Counted from the first letter of the stretch, positions 8,262-19,593 are shown. The stretch is DNA of 64,000 bases from Bdellovibrionales bacterium (GCA_965203275.1 OZ241865.1:1504001-1568000); one strand, 5' to 3'. Notes: generated by a model from the sequence alone, not told the origin. Made by a program: numbers and translations.

Positions 8262-10541
8262 TTGATGTCTGATCATCAAAACGATCAAAAATTAACTTCT
8301 GCAAATCAAGTATTGGTGGAATCTCAAGGTTATCTCACCCAAGGAGTCTCTCAGTCGTTTTCTTACTCCATTACATCCATTAAAGACCTTTTAGCACGCT
8401 TAACAGGTGAATATTCACAAGAACATCTTCAGCTCATAAGGAAAGCATACGACTTTTCTAAAAAAGCCCACGAAGGGCAGTACAGGAAAAGTGGAGAGGC
8501 TTTTATCTTACATCCTTTGTCCGTATCTGCCATTTTAGCAGAACTTAATTTAGACCCTGCCAGTATAGCTACTGGTCTTTTACATGATACAGTTGAAGAT
8601 ACCTCTGTGACACTTCAAGATATCACACAGCATTTTGGCGAAGAAATTGCTCATTTAGTCGACGGCGTAACTAAAATTTCCAAGCTGACTTTTTATACCA
8701 ACACACATAGCAAACAAGGTGAAAATATCCGCAAGATGTTTGTTGCTATGGCAAAGGACATGCGTGTGGTTGTTGTTAAACTAGCTGATCGCCTTCATAA
8801 TATGAGAACACTTAACCACATGCCTTATGAAAAGCAATTAAATATATCTCAAGAAACCCTTGATATTTATGCTCCTTTATCTCATCGCTTGGGGATCAGT
8901 GCTTGGCAAGTAGAATTAGAAGACTTAAGTTTTAAATATCTCAAACCCAATAATTATCAAGATCTTTCTCAAAAATTTTCTGATACAAAAAAAGAGAAAA
9001 AACAATTTATTAAAGACACTACTCAGACTTTATTTCAAGAGATCAAAAAGCAAACCAAACTCACGCCTATTGTACAGGGTCGACATAAGCATCTTTACTC
9101 TATCTATCAAAAAATGAGCAGAAAAAACGTGGACTATGATGCCATTTATGATGTGTTTGGCTTTCGGGTGATCACAGATACAAAAACCCAATGCTATGAA
9201 ATACTTGGCATTATGCATAGCTTATATCATCCTATTCCGGGGCGGTTTAAAGATTATATTGCTATACCTAAGGCCAATCATTATCAAAGCTTACATACGA
9301 CTGTGATGAGTTCTCAAGGAGATAGAATTGAAATTCAAATACGTACAAAAAAAATGCATTTAATAGCAGAAAAAGGCATTGCAGCTCACTGGACATATAA
9401 GTCAGGTCAAAAAATAGCTTCTACGATAGGTACTTCAGAGCGATTTGAGTGGATGAAAAACCTTATGGATTGGAATAAAGAAACATACGACCCCAGTGAG
9501 TTTTTAGAAAACATCAAGTCTGATTTGTTGCAATCAGAAATTTATATTTTTACTCCCAAGGGAGATGTAAGGGCTTTAAGAAAGGGGGCTACAGCCCTTG
9601 ACTTTGCTTATCTTATTCACACAGAGATAGGTCATCACACAATAGGGGCTAAGATTGACGGCCAAATAGTGCCGATCAAACATCAGCTACAAAATGGAGA
9701 TACAGTGCAAATTATGACGGCCTCACATCAAAAGCCTTCTAAAGATTGGTTACAATACTGTATCACCACAAGTGCTAGATCTAAAATTCGCAACTTTATC
9801 CGCACAGAGGAGGGGAAAAAATCCATTGATTTAGGACATCAACTTTTAGAAAAAGAGTTTAAAAAACATGGCTTTAAATTAGACAAGTACATCAACACAG
9901 AACAGAGCAAAAAATACTTAGAAAGCATAGGTATAAAAACAAAAGAAAATTTATATTCTCAAATAGCTTATGGAAAACATACGCCTAATAAAATCTTTAT
10001 AAAACTTAACCCTGACTTTCAAAAAGAAACCAAAAAACCTGTCTTAAAAAGCCTATTAGATAAAGTTTACAATAAAGATAAAAAGAGAAAAGATCGTTCA
10101 TTGATCAAAGTAGATGGTATGACAGATATGCTTTTGCATTATGCTAAGTGCTGTCAACCTATTCCAGGGGATCCTATTGTAGGGTTTATTTCTAGAAATA
10201 GAGGCTTGGTGATTCATCAAAGGTCTTGTTCTAAGAACTTTGAAGTTGATCCTGAAAGGAAGGTCGACGTGGAGTGGATGGATGTTCCTCATGCTAAACA
10301 CATTACAAGGTTGCGTGTGGTCTGCCATGATTATCCAGGGCTACTGAAAATAGTTAGTGAGACATTTACCTTAAAGGGCATTAATATTGAAGAAGCTCAA
10401 GTGAAGACACAGAAGAATAAAAAGACAATATGTATCTTCACTGTTTCTGTCACGGATAAGTTTCAGTTACTTCAAGCTCTAAAAAGCCTTGAGAAAGTCA
10501 ATGGCGTTATCCACGCTGAACGTACCTTTTACGAAAGTTGA
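8262..10541 (+). CDS. rel: Bifunctional (p)ppGpp synthetase/hydrolase (long RSH)
   Basis: HD motif LHDTVEDT, KLADRLHNMRTL, YQSLHT, EIQIRT, TGS (FTPKG..DFAY..HT), CCQPIPGD, C-terminal ACT. Confidence 0.95.
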   Translation: MMSDHQNDQKLTSANQVLVESQGYLTQGVSQSFSYSITSIKDLLARLTGEYSQEHLQLIRKAYDFSKKAHEGQYRKSGEAFILHPLSVSAILAELNLDPASIATGLLHDTVEDTSVTLQDITQHFGEEIAHLVDGVTKISKLTFYTNTHSKQGENIRKMFVAMAKDMRVVVVKLADRLHNMRTLNHMPYEKQLNISQETLDIYAPLSHRLGISAWQVELEDLSFKYLKPNNYQDLSQKFSDTKKEKKQFIKDTTQTLFQEIKKQTKLTPIVQGRHKHLYSIYQKMSRKNVDYDAIYDVFGFRVITDTKTQCYEILGIMHSLYHPIPGRFKDYIAIPKANHYQSLHTTVMSSQGDRIEIQIRTKKMHLIAEKGIAAHWTYKSGQKIASTIGTSERFEWMKNLMDWNKETYDPSEFLENIKSDLLQSEIYIFTPKGDVRALRKGATALDFAYLIHTEIGHHTIGAKIDGQIVPIKHQLQNGDTVQIMTASHQKPSKDWLQYCITTSARSKIRNFIRTEEGKKSIDLGHQLLEKEFKKHGFKLDKYINTEQSKKYLESIGIKTKENLYSQIAYGKHTPNKIFIKLNPDFQKETKKPVLKSLLDKVYNKDKKRKDRSLIKVDGMTDMLLHYAKCCQPIPGDPIVGFISRNRGLVIHQRSCSKNFEVDPERKVDVEWMDVPHAKHITRLRVVCHDYPGLLKIVSETFTLKGINIEEAQVKTQKNKKTICIFTVSVTDKFQLLQALKSLEKVNGVIHAERTFYES

Positions 10542-10643
10542 CAGTTTTTAAATGGGTATTTAATTGTATTTGTGGGCTATAAAAGAAATAAGAGGTTTCA
10601 TTAGAAGGGCGATGTGTTTTACATGATGACATATCCAAAATGG

Positions 10644-11642
10644 TCATATTGGCTTGAAAGTTTCTGGAGGCATCAAAGTTTTATAAAAATAAATATTTCC
10701 AAAGATGCGTTCCTTGCCTGCTGGTCTTTGTGTGGGGTTGCATCCTGTTATTAAATTTTTACATTTCATCATATTATTGTTGTGAAAGTTTATTTCTATC
10801 ACATTTTCTAAGTCCTTTGCATTGATCGTTCGAATGTTCGCACCATAATCATAACGTTGCCCTTGGGGGTCATCAGCAAATAAAAAATAACGAAAGGTCA
10901 AAGTGATCTTAGCCGTTTTAGCCATATTGTGTGTATGGTTACAAGTGACATTTCCGCTATTATTATTTTCGCATACATCGCTAACATCCATACCTATAAT
11001 TTCTAATTCAAAATCTGAAAGTCCTGAAAAAACTATATCTGTACTGTCTGGTGCAAATAAATAACTGTGACCAGAGCGTTCCCCTACATCAATATAAAGC
11101 TTGCCTGGAACATCATTAGTTGTGTTGCCAGCAGAGCTACTTGGTCTTTGATAAAAAATAGCAGATACAAAAAGATCCACAGTATTATAGCTAAAGGAGT
11201 TTTCTCTAGGGAAAAGAGCAATTAAAGATGTTATTGGAGTATCAGAGCAAACATCTTGCGGTTTAGGCTTTTTATATTTACTAATAATAAACCCTTGATC
11301 TCTAAAGTTACCTAATAAAGCTTTAGTTAAATGACAATTCTTATTTGTTGAATTGCCAACCTCTTTTACCTCAGTGTTGACAGCTTGAGATAAATAGCTA
11401 CGGACATAGTAAGATGCCCATAGCAAATCCTCTTCTGCTTTGTGTTGTTGGACGAGAATATTAAACTGTTCTACAGAAAAAATCAATATAGAAGCAACAG
11501 CAACCGTTAAAAAGCCAGAAAGAGCTACTGCCACTAGTAATTCTACTAATGAAAAACCGCGATTTTGTTTCGTTTTGATACATTTTGAGATTTTGAAAGT
11601 ACCACTAAAAGATTTTTTTTTATAAATTTTATAAAATAGCAT
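10644..11642 (-). CDS. Prepilin-type N-terminal cleavage/methylation domain protein (minor pilin-like)
   Basis: RGFSLVELLVAVAL motif; start uncertain (ORF open to 11726). Confidence 0.8.
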   Translation of the reverse strand: MLFYKIYKKKSFSGTFKISKCIKTKQNRGFSLVELLVAVALSGFLTVAVASILIFSVEQFNILVQQHKAEEDLLWASYYVRSYLSQAVNTEVKEVGNSTNKNCHLTKALLGNFRDQGFIISKYKKPKPQDVCSDTPITSLIALFPRENSFSYNTVDLFVSAIFYQRPSSSAGNTTNDVPGKLYIDVGERSGHSYLFAPDSTDIVFSGLSDFELEIIGMDVSDVCENNNSGNVTCNHTHNMAKTAKITLTFRYFLFADDPQGQRYDYGANIRTINAKDLENVIEINFHNNNMMKCKNLITGCNPTQRPAGKERIFGNIYFYKTLMPPETFKPI

Positions 11643-11890
11643 AATGTTTATTCCTTTATAATGGCTTGCTTGCATAAAAAACAAGGCTTTTATGCGAATC
11701 CAATAGTAAAGATGCAATCCAATCATAAACCCTTAGGTTTATTTTAAAAGATTTTTTATCATTGATCAAGTATGTATCATAAAAAGTGGCTTATTTTTGA
11801 ATAAGAAAGCTTATTTTTTTAGGGCTAGTTTTAAGATTTGTTGAAGACAACAACATTTTTTATTGAGGGACGGACGATTGTTAAATAATT

Positions 11891-13453
11891 TCAGCGAGCA
11901 AGCTTTCTTTTGTCAAGGTTGTATTTCTCAACTTTCATAATAAGACCTGCTCTGGAAATGCCAAGCTCCTTAGCTAATCTGGATTTATTCCAGCCAGTTC
12001 TCCTAAGTCCTTCTTTGATCATTTCTCTTTCCAGGTCATCAAGGGCATCTTTTAACTTGCCATTGAGTCTTGAGTTTTGAAGTTTATTGCTTTCTGAAGA
12101 GGCATTGACAATCCTCTCAGAGATCATTTGAGGTGTGATTTGTTCTTCTTCCCCGGATAGCACTACAATTCTTTCTATCTCATTTTGAAGCTCTCGAATA
12201 TTTCCCGGCCATGAATAATCATAAAACTTTTTAATTACATTTTTTGTAATTATTTTTTTCATTTCCATTTGCTCTGAGGCACGTCCTAAAAAATAATCAA
12301 TTAAAATAGGGATATCCTCTTTGCGTTCTCTTAAAGGAGGAACATGAAGATTAATCACATTCAACCTATAGTAAAGGTCTTCTCTAAACAAACCTTTTTC
12401 AACCATATCTCTCAAAGGCTTGTTAGTAGCTGCAATAATGCGTACATCTATTTTTTTAGGCTCTGTTCCTCCTACTGGCATAAATGTTCCTTCTTGTAAA
12501 ACTCTCAATAATTTGACCTGCATAGAAGGAGTGGTATCACCAATTTCGTCTAAGAAAAAGGTCCCTTTGTCAGCAGTTTCAAAAAGCCCTTTTTTATCTT
12601 TGATAGCTCCTGTAAAAGAACCCTTAACATGCCCAAACAGCTCTGATTCTAAAAGATTATCATTAAAAGAAGAACAATTCTGAATCACAAAGGCTTTGTC
12701 TTTTCTTGGAGAATTATAATGGATGGCTTTTGCGATAAGTTCTTTACCTGTACCATTTTCTCCTTGAACTAAAATAGTGCTTTCAGTAGATTTTATGCGA
12801 TCTAACATGGCATAGAGGTCTTGCATTGGTTGAGATTGACCAATCATATTATCGTATTTATGACGATGACCCAGCTCTTTTTTAAGGGCATTTATGCGAT
12901 CTTCCCTAGTGGTGATCTCTACATAAACAGTGATAATCTCTTTAGCTACAAGTTCTGTAAGGTCTGTGAAATGTTCCTTTTGGGCCTCATTTAATGATTT
13001 AATATGGCTCAAACACTCTTTGATAATTCGATCTTCTAAGTTGAGTTGTGAAAGCTTATTTTTAATTTCATCGAGCCTTTGCTCTGTGTTGGATTGATCT
13101 TTTAAAAAGCCTAAAGCAACAACTGTTCCTGCTAGATCATTGTTAATAATAATAGGTACAATCAGGGCATCATAACCTACAATCTCCCATTTACTGATCA
13201 CAAACCGATTTTTCATATCTTTAAGTCTTTCTAAAGCCTCATTGACCAAGGCAGTTAAGTCCTTTTGAAGATCTTCTCTTTGTAACAAGTGAGTAACAGC
13301 TGGATTAAATAAAGAAGGTTTATCTGTCCTAGATGATTTGATGATCCCTCTATCATCTGTGAAGATCAGATCAATCTCCCACCAAGACAGTAGAATTTCT
13401 TTTAGTTTTTTAATGACATGAATGTCTACAAAATTATCCCAATTAATTATCAT
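11891..13453 (-). CDS. Sigma-54-dependent enhancer-binding protein with N-terminal PocR/GAF-like sensor and Fis HTH
   Basis: GENGTGKEL, ESELFGHVKGSFTGA, LDEIGD, FREDLYYRL, WPGNIREL, GWNKSRLAKELGISR. Confidence 0.93.
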   Translation of the reverse strand: MIINWDNFVDIHVIKKLKEILLSWWEIDLIFTDDRGIIKSSRTDKPSLFNPAVTHLLQREDLQKDLTALVNEALERLKDMKNRFVISKWEIVGYDALIVPIIINNDLAGTVVALGFLKDQSNTEQRLDEIKNKLSQLNLEDRIIKECLSHIKSLNEAQKEHFTDLTELVAKEIITVYVEITTREDRINALKKELGHRHKYDNMIGQSQPMQDLYAMLDRIKSTESTILVQGENGTGKELIAKAIHYNSPRKDKAFVIQNCSSFNDNLLESELFGHVKGSFTGAIKDKKGLFETADKGTFFLDEIGDTTPSMQVKLLRVLQEGTFMPVGGTEPKKIDVRIIAATNKPLRDMVEKGLFREDLYYRLNVINLHVPPLRERKEDIPILIDYFLGRASEQMEMKKIITKNVIKKFYDYSWPGNIRELQNEIERIVVLSGEEEQITPQMISERIVNASSESNKLQNSRLNGKLKDALDDLEREMIKEGLRRTGWNKSRLAKELGISRAGLIMKVEKYNLDKRKLAR

Positions 13454-13514
13454 GACGTACCTCTTGTTGTAACTAGATTGTGGTTTTAATATAAAATATT
13501 TCCTCTTATATTTT

Positions 13515-13541
13515 GTATCGTCAAAAGTTTAAACAACATTA
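13515..13541 (-). promoter_or_regulatory. Putative sigma-28 (FliA) promoter
   Basis: TAAT-N15-GACGATAC about 60 bp upstream of the activator gene. Confidence 0.45.
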
Positions 13542-13726
13542 ACAGTTAATTTAAAAAAAAATATTTTATATACTTTAGGCGGTCTACAGGACTTCAAGTG
13601 AAAAAATATGTATAAATTTGATACACTAAATAATTCTTATAGACTATAACCTTGTTGTGTGAAATAGTATTTTCAACTAATTATGAAAATTATCATTATT
13701 GCACGATAGAACAAAGCGAGAACATA

Positions 13727-15029
13727 ATGAGAACTTATGTAATAGATATAAGAAAAAACATACAGAAATATCAAAACCAAAAGATAGAGCTTAAGGGATG
13801 GGTTTATCTTGTGAGGTCCTCTGGAAAGATTAAGTTTTTAATTCTTCGAGATGGAACAGGTTTTTGCCAGTGTACTTTCGTCAAGGCAAACCTAGATGCA
13901 AAAACATGGGATGCTTGCAGTCAATTAACCCAAGAGTCTACGATAAGGGTTTTTGGGGCAGTTAAGAGAGGACAAAAGGTCACCTGGAGGCTTTGAACTC
14001 ACAGCAGAACAATTAGAAATTTTGCATCAGACCTTTGATTATCCTATTGGTCCTAAAGAACATGGCATAGATTTTTTGATGAATCACCGTCACTTATGGT
14101 TAAGATCAAAAAAACAACATGCTATTTTAAGTATTCGCAATGAGTTGGTATCTAGTATCAAAGATTTTTTCAACAGCAGATACTTTACATTAGTTGATGC
14201 CCCTATTTTTACAGCTAATGCTTGTGAAGGAACTTCCACACTTTTTAAAACCTCTTATTTTGACCAGCAGGTTTATTTATCTCAAAGCGGGCAGCTTTAT
14301 ATGGAGGCTGCTGCGGCTGCTTTTGGAAAAGTGTATTGTTTTGGCCCTACCTTTCGTGCAGAAAAATCTAAAACCAGAAGACACCTTATAGAATTTTGGA
14401 TGGTCGAACCAGAAGTAGCTTTTAATGATCTTCAGGATAATATGGAGCTTGCAGAAGCTTTTGTGGAATATATCGTACAGAGAGTTCTTAAAAATAAACA
14501 AGAAGAGCTTGCTATTTTAGAAAGAAACTTATCTCTACTAGAAAAGGTCAAATCCCCTTTCCCTCGCATTGCTTATAAAGAAGCTGTTAGGTTAATTCAA
14601 AAAGAAAACCCTCAATTTACTGAAGGCAATGATTTTGGAGCTCCAGAGGAAACTTTCTTAGGGCAACAATTTGATTGCCCTATTTTTGTTTACAATTATC
14701 CTGCTACTATTAAGGCCTTTTATATGAAACGGGATCCGGATCATCCTGAAGATAGCAAAAGCTGTGATTTGATTGCCACAGAAGGATATGGTGAAATTAT
14801 TGGAGGAGGACAGAGAGAAGACAATCCAGAAGTTCTTTTGCAAAGGATGAAAGAACATCATTTGAACCCTAAGGAATTCCAATGGTATATTGATTTAAGA
14901 AAGTACGGAGCTTTTGTTTCTTCAGGGTTTGGATTAGGAATAGAAAGAACCCTCTCATGGATTTGTGGACTTTCACACGTCAGAGAGACTATTCCTTTTC
15001 CAAGACTTTATGGTCGCTATCACCCTTAA
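13727..15029 (+). CDS. asnS: Asparagine--tRNA ligase, split by one frameshift near 13955-13965
   Basis: N-terminal OB fold ([20 protein letters not shown]) in one frame; [29 protein letters not shown] in the next. Confidence 0.9.
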
Positions 15030-15156
15030 TTTATTTTTAAAATATTTTAAAATTTAAAAATATTTATTTTAATGAATTTTATTTTTTTTATTTTATTTTT
15101 TTAATGGTATCAACAGCATCTTTTTTAGATTATTTATGAAGTAAAAATACCAATAT

Positions 15157-15182
15157 TTTTTGAGATAATATTATCTCAAAAA
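15157..15182. promoter_or_regulatory. Perfect 26-bp palindrome, probable antitoxin operator
   Basis: TTTTTGAGATAATATTATCTCAAAAA upstream of the XRE-HipA pair; degenerate AATATATTATT copies near 15205 and 15258. Confidence 0.6.
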
Positions 15183-15291
15183 GTGCCAAAAACGCCGTTA
15201 ATGAGAATATATTATCCCTTTATTTTTTGCAAAAAATCATTAAAAAAAAGTAAAAAATAATATATTATTTGTTTCATAAAAGGATATAAAC

Positions 15292-15609
15292 ATGGTGCGT
15301 TTTAATGAGATGTCGGATGCGAAAATTTTAAAAGAGTTAGGTCGTAGGTTAAAACAAAAACGTCTTAATCAAAACTTTTCTCAAGATGCTCTTGCAAAAA
15401 AATCCGGGCTTTCAAGGAGGAGTATTTATTTAGTGGAATCTGGGCATTCAGTAGGATTAAGTGTTATGATTCGTATTTTAAGAACACTGAGGAGTTTAGA
15501 CGGCTTAGATGCTTTTTTACCAGTAGAAGATGTCAGCCCTGTAGAGTTTATAAAATTAAAAGGTGTAGTACGTAAGCGTGCTTCAAAAAAAAGAGGAGTT
15601 AGTGTATGA
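15292..15609 (+). CDS. XRE-family HTH antitoxin (HipB-like)
   Basis: RLKQKRL..SQDALAKKSGLSRRSIYLVESG; overlaps hipA start. Confidence 0.85.
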   Translation: MVRFNEMSDAKILKELGRRLKQKRLNQNFSQDALAKKSGLSRRSIYLVESGHSVGLSVMIRILRTLRSLDGLDAFLPVEDVSPVEFIKLKGVVRKRASKKRGVSV

Positions 15610-16886
15610 ATTCAGCAGCCCGAGTAAAAATTTGGGGGCAAGTTGTTGGAGCGATACGGTGGGATGAAAAGAAAAGAGCTTCTTATTTTCAATATGATTC
15701 TCAATTTTTAAATTCAGGGATAGAGCTTTCACCTATTTATATGCCATTGAGTAAAGGTAATGAAATTTATAACTTCAAACATCTTAATTTTGAAACTTAC
15801 AGAGGGCTTCCTGGATTGCTTGCTGATAGTCTTACTGATGCATTTGGAAATAAACTTATAGATATGTGGTTAGCTCAAGAAGGACGTTCGAGAGAAGATT
15901 TTAGTCCTATTGAAAGATTATGTTATATTGGGAACAGAGGTATGGGAGCTTTAGAATTTGAACCTATGATTGAAAGACCTCAAGTGGAATTCATTAAAAT
16001 GAGTCACTTAGTTCAACTCACCAATCAAATTCTTAAAGAAAAGGAATCTTTCAAAACAACCTTTAAGAAATCTAATAATCTTCAAGATATAATCAATGTA
16101 GGCACTTCTGCCGGTGGGATGCGTCCCAAAGCAGTCATTGCAATTCATAAAAAAACAAAAGAGATAAGATCTGGACAAATTGAACTACCAAAAGAATTTG
16201 AATATTGGTTGCTTAAGTTTGATGGGGTTTCTGGCAGTGGCTTTGAGACACCTAAAGGATATGGACGAATAGAATATGCTTATTATCTTATGGCACAAAA
16301 ACTTGGGATTGATATGTCAGACTGTAAAATCTATAAAGAAAATGGTCGATCTCATTTTATGACTAAAAGATTTGATAGACAGTTTGGATATAGACATCAC
16401 TTACAAACATTATGTGGCATGGACCACTGTGATTATAGAATGCCTGGATATTATTCTTATGAACAGCTCTTTCAAGTGATGAGAAAATTGCACTTTTCAT
16501 ATCAAGATGTTGAGCAGATGTTTAAACGTATGGCTTTTAATATCATTGCAAGAAACCAAGATGATCATACAAAAAATATAAGCTTTTTACTTAAGAAAGG
16601 AGAAGATTGGAGATTAGCTCCTGCTTATGATTTGACTTTTTCTTATAACCCAGGAGGTTTGTGGACCTCAAAACATCACATGATGATGAGCGGGAAAGAT
16701 GATCACTTTGTAGAAGATGATTTTAATAAAGTAGCTACTTCTTTAGGAATTAATAAATGGAGAAATATTATGAAGGAAGTAGTTCAGGTAGTAAAACATT
16801 GGCCAGATTTTGCTAAAAAGGCTGGGGTGTATGCAAGGCAAATCAAATCAGTTGCTTCTCATCATAGAACCAAACTTAAGTTTTAA
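15606..16886 (+). CDS. hipA: Type II TA HipA-family kinase toxin
   Basis: TSAGGMRPKA, WLLKFD, KRFDR, RNQDDHTKN, LAPAYD. Confidence 0.93.
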   Translation: MNSAARVKIWGQVVGAIRWDEKKRASYFQYDSQFLNSGIELSPIYMPLSKGNEIYNFKHLNFETYRGLPGLLADSLTDAFGNKLIDMWLAQEGRSREDFSPIERLCYIGNRGMGALEFEPMIERPQVEFIKMSHLVQLTNQILKEKESFKTTFKKSNNLQDIINVGTSAGGMRPKAVIAIHKKTKEIRSGQIELPKEFEYWLLKFDGVSGSGFETPKGYGRIEYAYYLMAQKLGIDMSDCKIYKENGRSHFMTKRFDRQFGYRHHLQTLCGMDHCDYRMPGYYSYEQLFQVMRKLHFSYQDVEQMFKRMAFNIIARNQDDHTKNISFLLKKGEDWRLAPAYDLTFSYNPGGLWTSKHHMMMSGKDDHFVEDDFNKVATSLGINKWRNIMKEVVQVVKHWPDFAKKAGVYARQIKSVASHHRTKLKF

Positions 16887-16950
16887 GTTTCAAAGATAAA
16901 TTTCATTAATGAATATTTCCAAATAATTATTGGAACTCAAAGAAAAATGT

Positions 16951-17610
16951 ATGAAAACAGCATGCAATCTACAAGCTTTACTTGATAAGATTCTGACTTA
17001 CTTTATAGGTGGCTCCTATAAACAAGATGTTTTGCTTGCTCAAAAAGATTTCTTTAATGAGATGATGCCTGTCAATGATCATGTCTATCAATTTGATACT
17101 AAGATGTCACAATTTTTAGACTGGTATCTTTTAGATTATCGTTTGCAAAAAACAGGATTTACGCCTTTAGAAGAAATTCTTGAAACAAAGTCTATTCAAG
17201 ATCAACTTCAAATAAATGATAAAGAAGTTCTTATACTTCAAAGCCTTTGCAGTCATTGTCACAGTTTATTCGAATTAACTCATCCCACTCGTCAAGAAGG
17301 ATTTTCTGTAAAAGATATCTTCAATCGAAAGAAACTCATAGCCGAAAACCATACTCTTACTTTTCATCTCAGAAAAGGTGAATGTTTTGAGGCAAGAATT
17401 GTATCTTTTGATCAAAGTTATCAGATGTTAGGTGGAATATGTGTTCATCCTTTAGAAGCTAGAAGCTTTATTTTAGATGAAGTGAAAAAAGTAAGAGGTG
17501 AATATGAACAGAAAGAACTAATGAAAAAGCTAACCAAAATGTGCTTTAAACATCATCAATTTCCTCACATTCCTATTAAACATGTTTACACATATACAAA
17601 AATAAATTAA
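16951..17610 (+). CDS. Hypothetical protein
   Basis: ~220-aa ORF containing FLDWYLLD; no family recognised. Confidence 0.7.
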   Translation: MKTACNLQALLDKILTYFIGGSYKQDVLLAQKDFFNEMMPVNDHVYQFDTKMSQFLDWYLLDYRLQKTGFTPLEEILETKSIQDQLQINDKEVLILQSLCSHCHSLFELTHPTRQEGFSVKDIFNRKKLIAENHTLTFHLRKGECFEARIVSFDQSYQMLGGICVHPLEARSFILDEVKKVRGEYEQKELMKKLTKMCFKHHQFPHIPIKHVYTYTKIN

Positions 17611-17618
17611 GTCTATTT

Positions 17619-18521
17619 ATGTTGAGTCTTGCAATTTCAGGAGCTACTGTGTTTAAAGAGTCCGAATTTTCTAAAAGCAATAAAAAAGATTTTAAGCGTG
17701 AAGCTCTGCACACTTATACCTCTTTACAAAGTCAAAATGATCGCAGTATTTTTGTGCAGAAACATCACAGTGTTATTTTTTATCAAACCTTGCCTATTTT
17801 ATTAAAAAGAAAATCCTATTTAAGGGCTATACGCCTTCAAATTATTCCTTGTCAGACGATTATATGCTATGCAAACCAAAAGACTAGCATTTCTGATATT
17901 ATGAATTTTTTATCCGCTCACGATAAGTGGATACATAAGCAACTTAATAAATTACAGAATCTAGCAGATCAATATCCACATATCTACTGGAATAGCCATG
18001 CTCAAGTGCCTTTTTTAGGAGAGTTCAAACCTTTAAAGATTATAAATGGCAAGCCTAAACAAGTAAGGGTTCAAGAAGATCATATAGAGGTTCATTTACC
18101 TCATTTTAAAGTTTCTCAAACAGAATGGTCTGAGCTTTTTAAACAGCACTATAAAAAATTAGGCATTCGTGTACTTAAATGTAGGCTGGATAAATGGTCT
18201 GATCAGATGCAATTACATCCTCAAAAAGTGATTTTTAAAAAACAAAAATCACAATGGGGTAGCTGTTCTACAACAGGTAGCCTTTCTTTAAATTGGAAGC
18301 TTATTGTAGCTCCTCTTGCTGTGATAGATTATGTGATCATACATGAGTTATCTCATCTTAAATATCCCAATCATTCAGTTGCGTTTTGGGCTTTTGTAAA
18401 TACTTATTTTCAACGTACTCAGGAATGTCGTAGGTGGCTTAAACGCAATCAATATGCTTTTGATTTTTTAGAGGATAGACCAGAGTTGCACGCCTCTGAT
18501 ATTCAATTGCCTTTTTCATAG
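17619..18521 (+). CDS. YgjP/DUF45-family (M48-like) zinc metallohydrolase
   Basis: QWGSCS, LNWKL, DYVIIHELSHL..NHS..FW. Confidence 0.88.
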   Translation: MLSLAISGATVFKESEFSKSNKKDFKREALHTYTSLQSQNDRSIFVQKHHSVIFYQTLPILLKRKSYLRAIRLQIIPCQTIICYANQKTSISDIMNFLSAHDKWIHKQLNKLQNLADQYPHIYWNSHAQVPFLGEFKPLKIINGKPKQVRVQEDHIEVHLPHFKVSQTEWSELFKQHYKKLGIRVLKCRLDKWSDQMQLHPQKVIFKKQKSQWGSCSTTGSLSLNWKLIVAPLAVIDYVIIHELSHLKYPNHSVAFWAFVNTYFQRTQECRRWLKRNQYAFDFLEDRPELHASDIQLPFS

Positions 18522-18597
18522 CAATATTTAGATAAGAAAGTTATCAATGGTTTTTTAGTTGGGCAAACTAAAAGAGCAAAATTTTAAAATGCAAAGT

Positions 18598-18997
18598 TTA
18601 TTTCTTTTGATGTTCTTTAGCTAGAATTTCAAATAATCCGTCGAGCCTTTGATTAACTTTGTCGATCTTTTCTTCGAGTTTGTCTATTTTCTGGTCGATT
18701 TTTTCTTCAAGTTTGTCTATTTTCTGGTCAATCTTCGGATTAACTTTGTCGATCTTTTCTTCGAGTTTGCAATCTTCTGTTCAAATTTCTGATCAATGGC
18801 TCTGAGTTGAGTTGGGATATGATTATTTACTTGGTTCTCAATGTAAGTAAGCCTTTGATTTAGCCCCTCTATTTTTGTGTTTAATGCGTCAAATTTCGTG
18901 TTCAATGAATCAAACAGAATTTAAGTATGATCACCAGTGAAGCAATCACAATGAGAATGGTAGCGATAGAAGCCATATTTTCTAAAAACCATTCCAT
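18598..18997 (-). pseudogene. Frameshifted TM + NNHIPTQ coiled-coil family member
   Basis: AAGGAGG SD; MEWFLENMASIATILIVIASLVIILKF..ENQVNNHIPTQLRAIDQK..KIDKLEEKIDQKIDKLEEK..KEHQKK* needs two frame corrections. Confidence 0.75.
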
Positions 18998-19176
18998 TGG
19001 TAACCTCCTTTTTACTGTATCATTAATAATCTAAGAAAGCAAATGAATTTTTCAAGCACTGCAAGCACTGTTTTTAGTGGGGTGGACGTAACTAATAATG
19101 GTTTTAATGTAGTCAAGCCTTAAAGGCCATATAAATAGGGCTAGAGATTTTATTTCAAAATAATCTTTTCAAAAGA

Positions 19177-19593
19177 CTAAAAAGTAATGACTTCTGGTTC
19201 ATATTCAATAGACTCTTGGTCAATAGAAACCTTCTTAATAGTCCAACTTTCTTGAGGGTTCTCTGATGCAGGATTCAATAAGGCCCATCCTTTCAGTTTT
19301 GAAGATGTCAATTGTTCTTCTGATGGATGTTGAAATTGGTATTCAAAAAAAACTTTTATTTCATCATCATTAATTAGTTCAGACCAGAGTGATAAAAACT
19401 GAATATTTGTTGCAGATGGTAAGTTTTCCTTAATATGATTGACAACAAACTCTTGCAGTCCTTTTTGAAGTCTAGCATGAAATTCCCATGAAACTTGATA
19501 AGACCTGCTGGTGGATCCTTGGTAAATATACCAAGAAGTACATAAAATGACAATCCATAAAATAATTGCTAGTAGCGGATTAAAATACTTCAT
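19177..19593 (-). CDS. Hypothetical membrane-anchored protein
   Basis: N-terminal hydrophobic helix; GAGGA SD. Confidence 0.7.
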   Translation of the reverse strand: MKYFNPLLAIILWIVILCTSWYIYQGSTSRSYQVSWEFHARLQKGLQEFVVNHIKENLPSATNIQFLSLWSELINDDEIKVFFEYQFQHPSEEQLTSSKLKGWALLNPASENPQESWTIKKVSIDQESIEYEPEVITF

